DNA from: Spironucleus salmonicida
Taxonomy: Eukaryota
Direction: 5' to 3'
DNA: 64,000 nt
Assembly: GCF_000497125.1 (NCBI RefSeq)
Contig: NC_090601.1
Location: 620,001 to 684,000, forward strand
The translations under genes and the position numbers were made by a program. Numbering within the stretch: position 1 is the stretch's first letter; the number at the start of each line of letters is the position of its first letter. Positions 42,477 through 55,317 of the stretch are shown here, piece by piece. The notes under the pieces are model-generated. The model was given only the letters and a program-made list of their open reading frames with translations. It did no database searches and was not told the origin of the DNA.

Positions 42477-43169
42477 TCACCCCAGGGAGCTGAAGCCCAG
42501 CCGCCCGTCGCGGCTCTTCGCCATCCCGCCGAAGTCCCGCTCCAGGTAGTCCGCCTCCTCGATGATCGCGATCCTGCCCAGCACGCTGCGGCCGCGCGTG
42601 AGGTTGCGCAGGAAGTTGAAGCTCATCTTCTCGCGCGAGAACTTGTACACCGGCGTGTAGTCCATCTGCTGGTCCAGGTTCTTGGTGAGGGTGTAGAGGA
42701 TCGCCAGCTTGAGGTCCTGTATCTCGAACACCTTGTCCAGCAGCACCGAGGACACCAGCCGCGTGCGGTTCGCGTCCTTGGCGAGCACCTTCGTCATGTC
42801 CATCAGCCGCAGCTCCTGCCTGATCAGCGCGTGCTTCAGCGCGCCCAGCTCCTCCACCACCTGGGGCGCGATCTCGACTTTCTGCATCAGCGGTGAGCAG
42901 GGCGGCTCGCTCTTGGAAAAGCTCGCCTGGCTGCCGAAGCTCTGCCGCTCGCACTCGGCCTGCACCGGTCGCGATATGAGCACCTCCGGCGAGGCCTGGT
43001 CCGTCTGGGCGGCGAGGGCGGCCGTTTCCACAGCGTCGGTCTGGACGCCGGCGGTGACCGTCTGGGGGCGCAGCTTCAGCTGGCTGACGGCGGTCTCCAG
43101 CTGCTGGATCCGGAGGTTCTTGTCCAGGTCCGCCTGCTTGTAGATATCGAGCTCCTGCTGGGCGTCCAT
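42477..43169 (-). CDS. Hypothetical coiled-coil protein, 230 aa (MDAQQELDIYKQ...)
   Basis: GC3-rich ORF, C-rich motif (ttcttccccgctcc) before the ATG, duplicated at 62804-63463. Confidence 0.8.
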   Translation of the reverse strand: MDAQQELDIYKQADLDKNLRIQQLETAVSQLKLRPQTVTAGVQTDAVETAALAAQTDQASPEVLISRPVQAECERQSFGSQASFSKSEPPCSPLMQKVEIAPQVVEELGALKHALIRQELRLMDMTKVLAKDANRTRLVSSVLLDKVFEIQDLKLAILYTLTKNLDQQMDYTPVYKFSREKMSFNFLRNLTRGRSVLGRIAIIEEADYLERDFGGMAKSRDGRLGFSSLG

Positions 43170-44831
43170 TTGGAGCGGGGAAGAATGGCGATTGCGTCTC
43201 GGGGTGCAGTAGTGCTGGGTGGAAGGGGAAGCATATCCGTCCAGTAATTGGCGTGGAAGCGTGCCGCACGCCCTGCGCTCGTCAGGCTCTTGCAGGGGTT
43301 CGCCCAGGCACCGCAGCAGCTCCAAGCTAGTTCAGCCGGCGACTATGAGAGCAAGGTGGAAATACAGCTGCCGAGATGGTATTGCTATTTTCATATTATA
43401 TAGTATATTTGTGATAGTGCTGCTTCAGCATGGTGCGCCACGAGTATCTGGAGCGGTACTAGAGAGTCCGGCTATTGCCGTATTTCTGCAGCCAAGAATG
43501 ATAATAGTCAGTCTGCTGGTAGCCTGAATACTAGTTCCTTGCTGTTCTTCGTGTCGTCTAAGTCCAAGTCGTCGAGATCACTAAGGACATCTTTTAATAA
43601 ATCCTTGCTATTACTCTTACCAATCTGACCATAGTATATTGGAGCTACAGATTTCATTGAATTAAGGCTTATAGGAGGTAATGGAGCTTTCAATTTAAGA
43701 AAAGAAAAATCTTCGTTTGATTTTTATGTATTTAATGCACAACATGGCGATTAGCTTTCAATAGTTCAAAGAAAATGTCGTTCAAACTAACTACATAAAT
43801 GTAACTTTACCTATTTTAGATTACAATATCTCCATATTGTGCGCAGAGTAGCAATAGTTGATATATTTGTAGTAGATGTTCTGCTACGGGATCAGAAATC
43901 AAACTCTCTAAAAAAGCTAGTTTGTGGTAACTACGAAAAGATCGTGGACTTCTGTATGAACTACAGACAAATTCCAATATTTCTAATAGTCAATATGGTT
44001 CTACCTGTATTACTTTGGGATAGTAAGTAATTATAGGTGCTGGTATCACATCAATTATCTTGTTTCTTGTCGTAGTTACAAAATCACGATGCATGAGATG
44101 GACAGAGAATTGTAACTGAGATGTAATATTTTGAAGGTGGTGGTAAATATAGTTAGTTTGATTGTTATTTTGTATTTGTGTTTGTTCTGGTGGTATTACC
44201 TTGGTGTATTCGTTTCATGAGTGCATGCAGAAACCTAATTTCTAACATTAAAGAGATTATATATATAGGGAAATCAAAGGTGGGTCAAATTTTATATCAA
44301 TAAAGATTAGAGGTGATCATAAATAGGTAAGTAAAAGGATACATAGAGATATAGCGCTATATTGAGATATTTTTAGTTAATAAAATATAGCGTAAAATCT
44401 GCACATGTAATATTCATAATAACAGAATAAAAAACTATTAATAATATTTATTCGTTGGCCCATTAACTTATCGTAATAAAATTTTAGCATTTAATTTCTA
44501 ATTCTCTTCAATTGAATAATAATATCTTTATCTGATGTAAATTTTATTATTAATAAATAAGAATCTATAATACTTCAATTAATAAATTGCTAACATTTAT
44601 CTTCGGATTGATTTTAGTTTTTTTTCTTAAATTTATTGTTTTTCTATGAGCAATTATTAACATAAATCTGAAATAAAATATTTTTTCTACATTTATATAA
44701 TTAGTAATATTTGTATAATAATATATATAATATTTTCTGATTTATTCTGTCGCAACAATAAAATAGTATTTTCTAGGTGTTATTAATAAGCTTTATTACT
44801 TTATATTACATTTAGATATTCTCAATTAAAA

Positions 44832-46493
44832 ATGCTCATATTTTTACAATTTACTTGCTACGAATACTCATCAACAGTTTAGTATGAATATATATCTGCA
44901 TCTGTATTGTTTATAGCGGATCCCTTAATTCAAAAAATAGCTATATGTACTTATTTACATGGTAGCTTTGCAATACCTATGGTAAGTTTGGGCAACGTTA
45001 TATTTACCGCACCGTAAATTACTTTCTCTTCAAACCAATCTATTGAGCTGCGCTTAGAATGCCCCATTGCATTTTGTATAGACGAATGCAAGTCTCCAAT
45101 AGATGTTTCTAAATGTAAAGCATGTAAGGAGAATAGATAATTAGCATGTAAAGATGCCGCCCTTGCATCTATAGCAAAAGTTAATTTCAACTTCCATGAT
45201 AAACAAATAGAGATGATTTTTTCACCAAGTAGCTATTAAGTAGTGGCATATAATGCGAATAGTTGTTTATTAAGATACACAGTATAATATTATTCAGATA
45301 AAATAATTTATCACGGTGTACCATTTCTTTGCGAACTTTAAATTTCAGATACCGTAAAAGCTCTAATGGTTGCTAAAAAATGTAAATATCCAATTAAAAA
45401 CGTCCCATAAGATTGCCCTTGGGTATAATTAGTTGTGAATAATTAAATTCTAAATATAAAACCATATTATGATCTAAATCTACTAGGCTTAAATGAAATA
45501 GAAATTGATTGCGGGTCTATCAACCCTTAATCGAAAGATAAATGTTATGAACTAGTAGAATTAGCTAATAGTAAAGTACATAGTAATGTTTCATTTTAAC
45601 TAGCTGTTGTTGTAGATAGGAATTTAGGAAATATTTCAGATATAGATATGAAAACTACATCGGTATTTTATTACAAAGGGATAGCTTAGACTATAGATCT
45701 TATCTCTTAAAGCGATTGTTTTTCTTCTATCTCATCAAGAGTATTTTAAGATCATATAAATCTAAGTTTAAAGGTTAACACGAGCGCAATACACTGTTAA
45801 TAAGGTGATTATGATAGAGTTAATGTTGAAATTTCTGGAAAAACAAAAGAATTTTATATGATTTAAAACACTATAAAACATTTACAGCATGTTGATGAAA
45901 ATATTATTATTAGTGTAAAAAATTCTAGAAATTCTACTGAATTTAATGGAAATTTATCCATTGTTCTTAACGGATAACGAAGCGAGCAGTTTCTCAATGT
46001 TCAGTCTATAACAGATGATAATATCGTATATATGTAAGAATATATTATAAATAACACTTCCGAAACGTTTAGAAATGTTACTGTAACTCTTTTTGACAGA
46101 AAAATTTGTGTCACAACATAACCGGTACCATGGGTATAACGAGAATTTAACAATGTAAATTTTCTGCTTCATGTAGGTTAATATCAGTTTTAATGGTAAT
46201 AGTAATTATTATAAATTGCTGCATTATATTGTTACGAAATAACAGATGTATAGTCAGATGTAATTGTTTCAACTTTAAATTAACCGTAAACGGTGCTATA
46301 TTTCAATATTGACAGAGAATCGCTTCCAATATTTTAGGTTATAAATGCAAAAATTCCAGATATATATTGGAAGCAATTAGTGATATTATTGATGGGAATG
46401 ACAGGATTTAGTGTTGTTGTCATCCTACGCAGTTATGTTTGGTAACAGTTAAAATAAATGGAATAAAATGCTGTGGACATGACGATATAGTGA
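44832..46493 (+). CDS. Type-I membrane protein of unknown function, 553 aa
   Basis: Frame checked, no TGA until 46491. MLIFLQFTCY start, scattered Cys, C-terminal LVILLMGMTGFSVVVIL helix. Ends TAG TGA. Confidence 0.85.
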
Positions 46494-47183
46494 TAATATT
46501 TATAGTCCTTATATTATTAATGTAACCCTTAAAACACAATGTCGAATATGAAAAATTATACTGTTCAATTTATTGTATTCAGTATATACGTATATAATTA
46601 ACAAAATAACTATTTAATTAAATCAATTATGTTTTCGTTTATTAAATTAAGCTTTATTCTAAAATAAATTGTAGCTATTTTTGATAATATTATATTTTTT
46701 TGTAAGTTCTAAAATTTATATTAAAGTTTAGTAAATTTAATTTTTAATTAATGATTAATATTTACTTTATTCTGATATATAGTTTTTGTTTATAAGTGTC
46801 TACTATCTATAAAATCAATCAGATTCAGAAATGAATCATTATCGATCTTTTACACTTTAAGAAGATTCTATTATAGTTTCAGTAATAAACTAATTTCGGA
46901 AACATCTATATTCTAGGAAATAAAATGAATGAAACTATCCATGAATACTTAAGAAACTAACTTTACAGCATCAATATAACTCATAAATATAAAGCTATTA
47001 ATAAGCTTAGTTACTATAAAAACTATTTTTAAATATATAAGAATAGTTTCTTTACATAATATTTTGTTCAGAAATTCATTTACTTAATATTTTTAGTTAG
47101 CTCAAATTATTATTTTTTGATAGAATTCAGTTTTACATTTATAAGCAATTAAAAATACTTATTTTTATGCAAATTTATAAAAA

Positions 47184-47456
47184 ATGCAGCCAATTATGAG
47201 AAAATCTGTATCCTACACGAGATCAAGAGTGCCTAGTCTATTACAAGCAATTGGTCCAACAATAAAAACAGCAAAAGCTAGTATTTCTTTGAGGGATAGT
47301 CCATTTGTTCACACTTTAGCTAGTAGTAGCTTAGAGTTTGATACTATACATAAAGGCCACATTTACTTTCCCAATCAATAGAGCAACATAGTTAGTATAA
47401 CTTCGTTTTTAGATGAATCTTTTGATCATAGTTTATTCTAATCAGAGTATGAGTGA
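47184..47456 (+). CDS. Hypothetical protein, 90 aa; likely paralog of 53394-53672
   Basis: MQPIMRK...VHTLASSSLEF versus MKPIRKK...IHALASGSFEF. Ends GAG TGA. Confidence 0.65.
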
Positions 47457-47652
47457 ATAATTTTTATTAAATCTGTTTATTTGATTAATTCTAATTGTCA
47501 TTGCTCGATTTACAACAATTAGTAATAAAATCTAATATTAGATTTACCATTGAAATAAGCTTGTAATAGTCCAATGTATAAAACTAGGTAACATAAAATT
47601 AATCATTATTATATATTATATCTTACATATACATCATTCCTATTAAATCGAG

Positions 47653-48522
47653 ATGACCCTTACCTTACCTCTACAGACTTCTCTGATCTCCTATATCGGT
47701 TCAGGATCATATGGTGATGTATCAAGATGTTTTTCATAAAAATTTAATACTGATGTAGCAGTCAAAAGAATATCACTAGGTGAATCTGGGTCAATTCCTG
47801 CAACAGCCCTTCGAGAAGTTTCAGTACTGAAACACCTCTAAAAATAATAAATCAAAGGAGTAGAGAATTTGGTCAAGCTGCTAGATGTTCAGTATGATCA
47901 AAAGTCACTATTTCTAATTTTAGAACTCTGTGATTGTGATCTTGATAGTAAAGACATCAAAGTTAGTCCAAAATTATTAGCTTAGTAACTTCTTTAAGGT
48001 CTTAGTGCTATTCATAGCTCTGAATGTATACATAGGGACCTCAAGCCTTCAAATATTCTCATGAAAGGCGATATTTTAAAAATCTCAGATTTCGGGCTTG
48101 CCCGCACAGTTTCTGTAGCTGGTCAGACTACATCACAAGTAGTATCTCTTTGGTACCGTGCACCGGAGTTGGCGTTAGGAGCAGCGAGTTACGGTGCCGA
48201 AATTGACTGCTGGAGTGCTGGCTGCTGTATTTATCATTTTTTGACTAAACGGCACCTATTTGAGGGAATTTCTGATTAGAAGACACTATTAGAACACTGT
48301 TGCTACCTATTTGGCGGTTACAATAGCAAGAAATGGCCAAAATCAGCTCAGTTTGACAGTATAATAAACAGCTACGAAGGCGCAGGAGTAATCGAAAAGG
48401 AGTTAGACAAGCACAAAATCTGCAAAGAGGCACAGGAGGTAATTTTAAATCTCCTGGAGCTGGACGGAAATAAACGTTTTAGTGCTGAATAGGCATTGCA
48501 ATGTAGATGGTTTCTAGAGTGA
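47653..48522 (+). CDS. Cyclin-dependent kinase (CMGC), 289 aa
   Basis: IGSGSYG, VAVK, PATALRE (PSTAIRE variant), HRDLKPSNIL, DFGLAR, VVSLWYRAPE, DCWSAGC, RFSAEQALQCRWF. Confidence 0.95.
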
Positions 48523-48537
48523 GCAATTTTTTCACTT

Positions 48538-50217
48538 TCAGAGGACGAGGCTTTGGTCAATGCTTCTGATTAAGTCCTTAATCTCATTCTTGTTGAGCTT
48601 ATCGTTAAACTTGCTAACACGCATTGGCGATTGGTTAACTTTTGATGACTGGGGATGAACAGGAACAGGAGCATAAGAATTATAGTTTTGCTGAGAATAC
48701 TGCTGTTATTGCTGCTGATATTATCCAGAATAGTTATTTTATGAAGATTGTATCTGAGCTTAAGGTTAGTACGATGATTATTGAGGGGCTTGATATCCAC
48801 CAAATTGATTGTTTCCAGCACCTTTAGACTGAATTAACTGTCTGACACCACTAGATGATTTTTCAAGTTCATTAACCTATTCAGCTAGTGCATCTTCTTG
48901 GTAAACTTTAGTTTCCAAAAAATTAACTCTTTAACTAGCTTTTCTCAAGCGATCTTACTTTTCCGATTCTAGTTGCATTTAAACTTGGCTTAGATTTTAT
49001 AATGTCTTGTAGTTATCTTATTTAACACCATTTAACTATTAGCTAAGTTAATTATTAGTGCTAGTCATATACTGGACTTATTATCCAAGGCCAGTTATTT
49101 TTTCAGTGCATTATTACAAGTTATTCATTTTAGCTTATAATTCTCCTTATAAATTGGCATTTTATTCAGTAAGTTGTGTCTATCTCAAAGTATTTTACTA
49201 GATTTGCTCATTCTTCATGGCAACTTCAGCCCGTAATGATCTTAATTAATCGTTTAACTACTGAACCTAAGAGTTAGATTATTGAAGTTGCTCATTTCTT
49301 TATTGCAATTCACCTGTCTTCTTATTAATCTATTCGTAAGCCTAATTTAATTATTCTTACTTCATCTAAGTCTCTTATTATCTTCTAGCGGACTAATCAG
49401 TTACTTATCTTAGTTGCTCATTCTTCGTCATCAGTTCAGCATTTAACTAACTGCACTGATCTGCTCTTCTGGTGCTATCCAATGTTATCTATGAAATCTA
49501 CTGATTTTTAGCATCAATTTCTTATTTGAATAATTTAATCTATTCATAGGCAGAGTTAAGTTATTCATTCTTCTGTTGTAAGTTATTGTTTAATTAAGAT
49601 ATTTATCTTTAAAAGTCTGCGTTTTCTCCCTAATGAACAGTTATTTATTATTCTTTCTTCTATAAATCTTAAGCGAGCCTTTGAATTTAACCATTTAATT
49701 ATTAAATCTAATCAAACGAAAACTTTACCTAGTCATTCAACTTTTTGTTGTCAGAATCTAGTTTAGTAATAGTATCATATCTAGAGGCAGATTCAATATT
49801 TAATTTTTAAATCTAATCATTTTTAGCTTAGAGTTACTAATAATAAGAGTTGAGTTATTCTTATTTAAGTTAATTATCTGTTTAGAGTTTATTTATTGTA
49901 TCCTGACGTGTAGAATTTTCTACATTAAGCTTGCGAACTTGTTCATATGTATTTTAGAGTTAGTCGTTCAATTATCTGTTTTATTCATAAGATTTAGCCA
50001 ATTATTATTCTAAAACCTATGATTTAGAAGAAGCTTAGTTAAGTTTAAGCTCTAAGTTAATAATTGCACGATCAGCCTCCATCTAAGTTCTCTGCATTTA
50101 TTCAGTGATAGCAGAAATCTTCTATTTTTACTAAGTTATTAACTATACAGATTCATGATCGATCAACTCCTAGCGGGCTTCAAGCTTTTCCACTTCTGGT
50201 TTATAGTTGGAGTACAT
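48538..50217 (-). CDS. Long Gln-rich coiled-coil protein, 559 aa
   Basis: MYSNYKPEVEKLEARQELIDHES...; heptad-like E/Q/K/L content with many TAA/TAG Gln codons, low-complexity Q/Y/P tail, C-rich upstream motif. Confidence 0.8.
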
Positions 50218-50600
50218 TTTTAAAATTTGGAAAGGTAAAATTTTTAAAAGAATTTTATCTATTATTATATGATAAATCTACATATTTTAAATATATTAAA
50301 TAAATACACTTTAAAAATCTATATTTAGAATCTCAATAAGGACTTAGTTTTATAACGCTATCATCTGAATACTAACTTTTAAATTAATATTTATAATATT
50401 AATACATGCTAATACTTTTTCAATATATCATTATTCTATTCGAAATAATATGAGATTACCTCTGACCAAGATGATAATTGTTATACCACCTGACTTTAAT
50501 ATTAATCTCTAAGCATAGTTTCGGATCATATTACATATTTATACTATTAATTTCTCATATACATAATTTAATAGCCAATTTTAAATTTCACAACAAATAC

Positions 50601-50963
50601 TCATTTTTCAACTGTCGAGTATTGGATTAATGAAGTATCACCATACTAAAAAATAGTATTCCAGCTTCGATCTATATAATATCTTGTACTTAATTCAACA
50701 AATTCAAATGGCTAGGGATAATTTTGTTCCTATAATACATACTGATTTTAACTATTTTCATCGTACTCATCCCCAAAGTCATCCTCATCACCTATCGGGT
50801 AGTGAAAAGATCCAGCAAGCTTACCATCTTTGTGCTTTGAATAGTTGGCTTTAATCATAGCGATCTGCACGGACTACTTATCGACAATTTACTGCAATCT
50901 CGCGCATTCCTGCTTTGCGGCGCGAAACTTCTCTGCGAGCATTTGGTTTTTTATATCATTCAT
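50601..50963 (-). CDS. Hypothetical protein, 120 aa; paralog of 30843-31187
   Basis: MNDIKNQMLAEKFRAAKQECARLQ...PQPFEFVELSTRYYIDRSWNTIFQYGDTSLIQY. Confidence 0.75.
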
Positions 50964-51015
50964 TATTTTCTATATTCTACCATATAATAACATATAATAT
51001 CAAAAATTGATTTCC

Positions 51016-52932
51016 TCATTCCTCGTCTTTCTTCCCATTCAAATTCGCTTCTCCTTCACCCTTGCCCCTCACCTGCTTCCTCTTCTCCTTGTGCGCCTCC
51101 TTTCTGCGCATGTGGCCACTGACCAGAATTTCGGTTATCATGACCCCGCTAAGCAGGCAGTTGAGCGCGTGCCTGCCCTTCTTCTTCATGTGAATTCCGA
51201 TGGAGTTCCCGCCCAGCCAGCCGGAAATGCAGAACTCGTTCAGGAACTCGCAGTTTGCGCTGTCGCTCACCTGGATCAGCACCTGGCCGACCACGTTCAG
51301 CCCCCTGGCATGCTGCTCGAATTCAGCGTCCTCTAATTAGTCGAAAGTGAGCGATTCTGGCGCGTCCCCGACCTGCTCGATGAGCCCCTGCGTCAGGACC
51401 TTCAGAAAGCTCGCATACTTCATTTTCACGACCCGATTCGTGTGGTTCAGCAGAAAGTTCACATTCGACTCAATTCGGTAAATGACGTTCCTGTCCACCC
51501 CGCTCTGCTTGTTAAAGGCTCCGCAGCCCATTTGCACGATGTGATATAACTGATTGCTCCCTTCCACTTCGAAAATCGAATTTACGTGCTTATTAATGAG
51601 GTAAATTCGCGACGGCTCAACGCCGAAACTGCGCCGATTTGCGAGGTTTCCGACCACTTCTTCCACGTCGTTTTCCTCGAAAAATCGGCTAAAACCGAAC
51701 TGTTTTTTGATCTCCGCCCTCGCATTTTCGTCCTAAAAACGCTCAAAAGGGTGCAAAGGCATCGACCTTTGCTGGTCCGCAACGAACGTTTCTGATAGAT
51801 TTTTCAACTGATATAACGCGACTTTCGCGCTCAATTCATCGCTTTCTGGCCCTTCCAATTCCGCAAATTTCTCGAAAATTGCGACGTAAAAACCGCCGGA
51901 ATTCGTCTTCCAGGGGTAGAATCGCGAGGTCTGCATGAGCTGATTTTTGACCGATTCCGACGTCGGCGCGTAAAATGACGGCAGGAGATTCTGGTCGATT
52001 TTCAGGTCCTCGTCGAGGACTTTCCAGGCCGAAAAGCCCGCGGACGCGAATTTCGTGGCGTTCGGAACGACTCTGACGCTGGAGCCGAAGGACTGCAAAA
52101 TCGCAGAGACCACAGCCTCGTTTTCCAGCGGGTTCATGGAGCAGGTCGAATAGACCAGTTTCCCGCCTACTTTAAGGAGCTGCAGACCGCGCGTCAGGAT
52201 CTGCTTCTGGAGCGGGTGCAGGCCCTGGCCGTGCTTGACTTTGAAGGTTCTCCAGACGTCTGGGGCCTTCCTGAGCGTTCCGTCGCCAGAACAGGGCACG
52301 TCGGCGAGCACTTTGTCGAATTTGAAAGGGAAATCTGGCAGTCTGGATGCGTCAAGATTCGTGATTAGCAGATGGGGCGTTGGTTGGTCGATTAGGTTGT
52401 GCATTAAGGTGTGCGTGCGCTTCAAATCGGCGTCATTTGCAACAACTAGGCCTGTGGGACCGGTCGATTGGACAAGTTATTGGGTTTTCTGGCCGGGAGC
52501 AGCGCACATGTCGAGTACGCGGTCTCCTGGTTGGACGTCTAGGAAGCAGGGTGGGAGCATAGAGACGAACTCTTGACGCGTGACCAGGCTTGACTCGTTG
52601 AGTGCTACGAGCGTCTTGTGGACGTTGTTGAGAGCTTCGTTTGAGCGCAGTTCGCGTCTCGAAATATCGATCTGGTACGCGAAGGGAGGCATATCGAGCT
52701 TTTCAAGCGTGGTTGCAGCGAACAGGGGCTCCATGAGCTCAGAAAAACGCTGCTAGTAGAGGACCGAGCGGAACTGTTTCTAGATGCGGAAAACTGCTGG
52801 CAGTTCCTTTGAAAAATCCTCGAAAAAGTGGGAAAAATCAGCTTCTGGAAGTATCTGCTGATAGTAATTGTAAATTTTCGTATCCGTCGCGAGGATTTGG
52901 GACGATTTTGGGTTATTATTAGGAATTGACAT
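51016..52932 (-). CDS. NSUN2: tRNA (cytosine-C5) methyltransferase, NSUN2/Trm4/NCL1 family, 638 aa
   Basis: RQEFVSMLPP, VLDMCAAPGQKT, FDKVLADVPCSGDGTLRK, VYSTCSMNPLENEAVV. All ORF-track fragments share one frame, joined by TAA/TAG. Confidence 0.93.
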
Positions 52933-53393
52933 TATAAGGAGCGGAAAGGAAAAAATTAATATACAACTTATATAATAAATTATCTAGATTTTTAAAAAAA
53001 TGTAAATGGTAAATTGCAATATACTATATTGATATTAAATTTAATATCATAATATTTTAGTTTATTCATATAGTAATATAAACAGTGGGATGTTAAATAC
53101 TATAAATTAAAATAGATGCTAATTTACAGCTAGATGTAACTATAAATTACGTATAGATAATGGTCTTGCTGTAATTATAGTATAATTAAATGAATATTTA
53201 CATGTAAATTATGCCTGTTATTTCAGGGATAAAATAAGTATTTGAATTTTTAAAATCAAAATATAGCTTAAAATAGAACTAAAAACTAGCCTATTTTATT
53301 TTGCAAATATATATAAAACTTGTTATCTCAAAAATTATCAATTCATAGCTTTATGAGAAATAATAACTTCAGACAAGTACTATTTCATCAGAA

Positions 53394-53672
53394 TCATACA
53401 AACTTGTCTAATTCTGATAAATTAAGTATACTACTATTTTCAGAGTCTCTAAATAATGCGACGCTTTATGCTTAATACCGGCTAGTGTTCTCATACAAAA
53501 GATCTTCTTTATATTTACCGCCAAATTCAAAACTTCCACTAGCTAATGCGTGGATTGTGCTGTAAGAAGTTGTATTCCACTTAGTATTCTTTAATATAGT
53601 CTTCTTATTCTGTAAAGGTGTCAGTAGATTCACCTAGTTGAGTTATTTTTCTTTTTTTCTAATTGGTTTCAT
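53394..53672 (-). CDS. Hypothetical protein, 92 aa
   Basis: Open code-6 frame; shares motifs with 47184-47456. Confidence 0.6.
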
Positions 53673-54371
53673 TATATAAATTAAAAACTATATATACTTA
53701 TATAAATTATATTTTTTTATATAGAAAAATCTATTTTATTACTAAATATATAAATTAAATTAATATATTATATAAATATTTCCTTTATTTTATATTTAGT
53801 TGTAATAAAATAAACAAAAATGAAATGAGATTTATATAACTTTGGGTATTTTTTATGGTAACATGGTTATTGAGTATTAAAATAAATAATACATATTTAT
53901 AGATAATATTTTGCAATAAATTAAGAAAATGACTATCTAACTTTACGAACTAAATACATTTAATAATACAAATTTATATATAAATTTCGTGAAAATGCAA
54001 GTAAATTATATTTTATAAATAAAATTATTATGAGTTATTAAACAGGTCAATCTATTTTTAAATAAATATATTTTATTAAAAACTTTACATGATTTATTGA
54101 TCCGTAATTTATTTTATGTAATGCCGTTAATGTTTAACTATGATGGTTAAATAACCTAAGGTATTAAATAAGGTATCAAAATTAAATTAATTTCACCACA
54201 TTATGATTTTAATAGGAATGTGAGCACCTTTGAAACTGTGATGCTAGTTATATTCAGCAATAAGAGAACTTTAACTTATGATTTAGCATATAAATGAATC
54301 AATTGCAATAATTCAAAATGCTAATAGAAATCTAATTTTATACATTATTATTTGTATATAATATTGTATAA

Positions 54372-54653
54372 TCATTTTTTCAAAGCATATGATATGTCTC
54401 CAAATGTATTCTTTCGCTTAGGATTCATGAGCCTGTCTAGATTATGAACATATTCTACCTCATGTTATAAATTACCGTTATTCTCAGTGTACTTCAAACC
54501 TTCCAAAATCACCTATGACCTATCCGAGAACATTACTTTTTTCTGTTCTGGAATAGTTACACCTTGCAAGCTTTACGTTATGTCAAGCTCAGGAGGCAGC
54601 GAACCAGAATAAATAGTTCTAACCTGTTTGCTATGCTTCAAGATAGCTCGCAT
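54372..54653 (-). CDS. Hypothetical protein, 93 aa (MRAILKHSKQVRTIYSGSLPPE...)
   Basis: Open code-6 frame from ATG to TGA, starting ~38 nt downstream of the tRNA. Confidence 0.5.
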
Positions 54654-54690
54654 TATAATCCAAAAATGTGAGATGCGTAAATTACAAAAA

Positions 54691-54762
54691 AGCTCCTACC
54701 CAGATTCGAACTGGGGTCAAAAGATCTAGAGTCTACTGTGCTAACCGCTACACCATAGGAGC
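54691..54762 (-). tRNA. tRNA-Gln with CUA anticodon (reads UAG)
   Basis: GCTCCTA TG GTGT AGCGGTTA GCAC A GTAGA CT-CTA-GA TCTTT TGAC CCCAG TTCGAAT CTGGG TAGGAGC T. Complete 72-nt cloverleaf resembling eukaryotic tRNA-Gln, U73 discriminator, followed by an oligo-T Pol III terminator. Confidence 0.95.
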
Positions 54763-54867
54763 TGATATTTCTTATTATACTATATAATAAATTAATTTTC
54801 ATTTCGCAATAACTTACATGTATAACTTAGGATTATTTTCAACAAATGATGTATTTTTAACTTAAAA

Positions 54868-55317
54868 ATGCTCGCCCTCCTAGCCTGCACCAAAATCAAC
54901 TACAAACTTACACCGACTTTGCTGAGACTCACGCTATCAAATGTGGAGTGCGGTTTTCCCTACAACGCACTCGGATCGATATAGCTCTTTTACGATAAAA
55001 ACGAGATGTTCCACCAGGGTTTCATCGTCCAGGACAGTAACGTCCTGGAGTTCGTCTGTGATACCGCCGAATGCCAGGAAATTTTCGATGAATTCTACAA
55101 CAAATCATCGACTTTGGAGATAATTTTGGATATCGCCGGTACGATACAAGAACAGCAGCTGAGTCTCAACGACCACACTAACTTCATGTTCGACGTTATG
55201 GTCGCATCTGTGGCATTCCTGTCTATTTTTACACTCCTGATGGTAGTTTTGGGAGTGGTGTACTGTATGGAAAAGAAGAAGAAACTCAGGTACGGGTATA
55301 GGGAGATCCGGGGGTGA
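54868..55317 (+). CDS. Small type-I membrane protein, 149 aa
   Basis: MLALLACTKIN...ECG...FVCDTAECQ...VAFLSIFTLLMVVLGVVYC-MEKKKKLR; paralog of 16333-16773. Confidence 0.8.

Larger units (their letters stand above)
40142..43706 (+). repeat. Direct segmental duplication, copy 1 (copy 2 at 60469 to window end)
   Basis: Colinear near-identical sequence with small indels. Confidence 0.97.

Noticed and set aside
43508-44230. Minus-strand ORF fragment KAPLPPISLNSMKS...DLDDLDLDD
   Set aside because: No in-frame upstream ATG before a TGA; possible degraded gene but unsupported.
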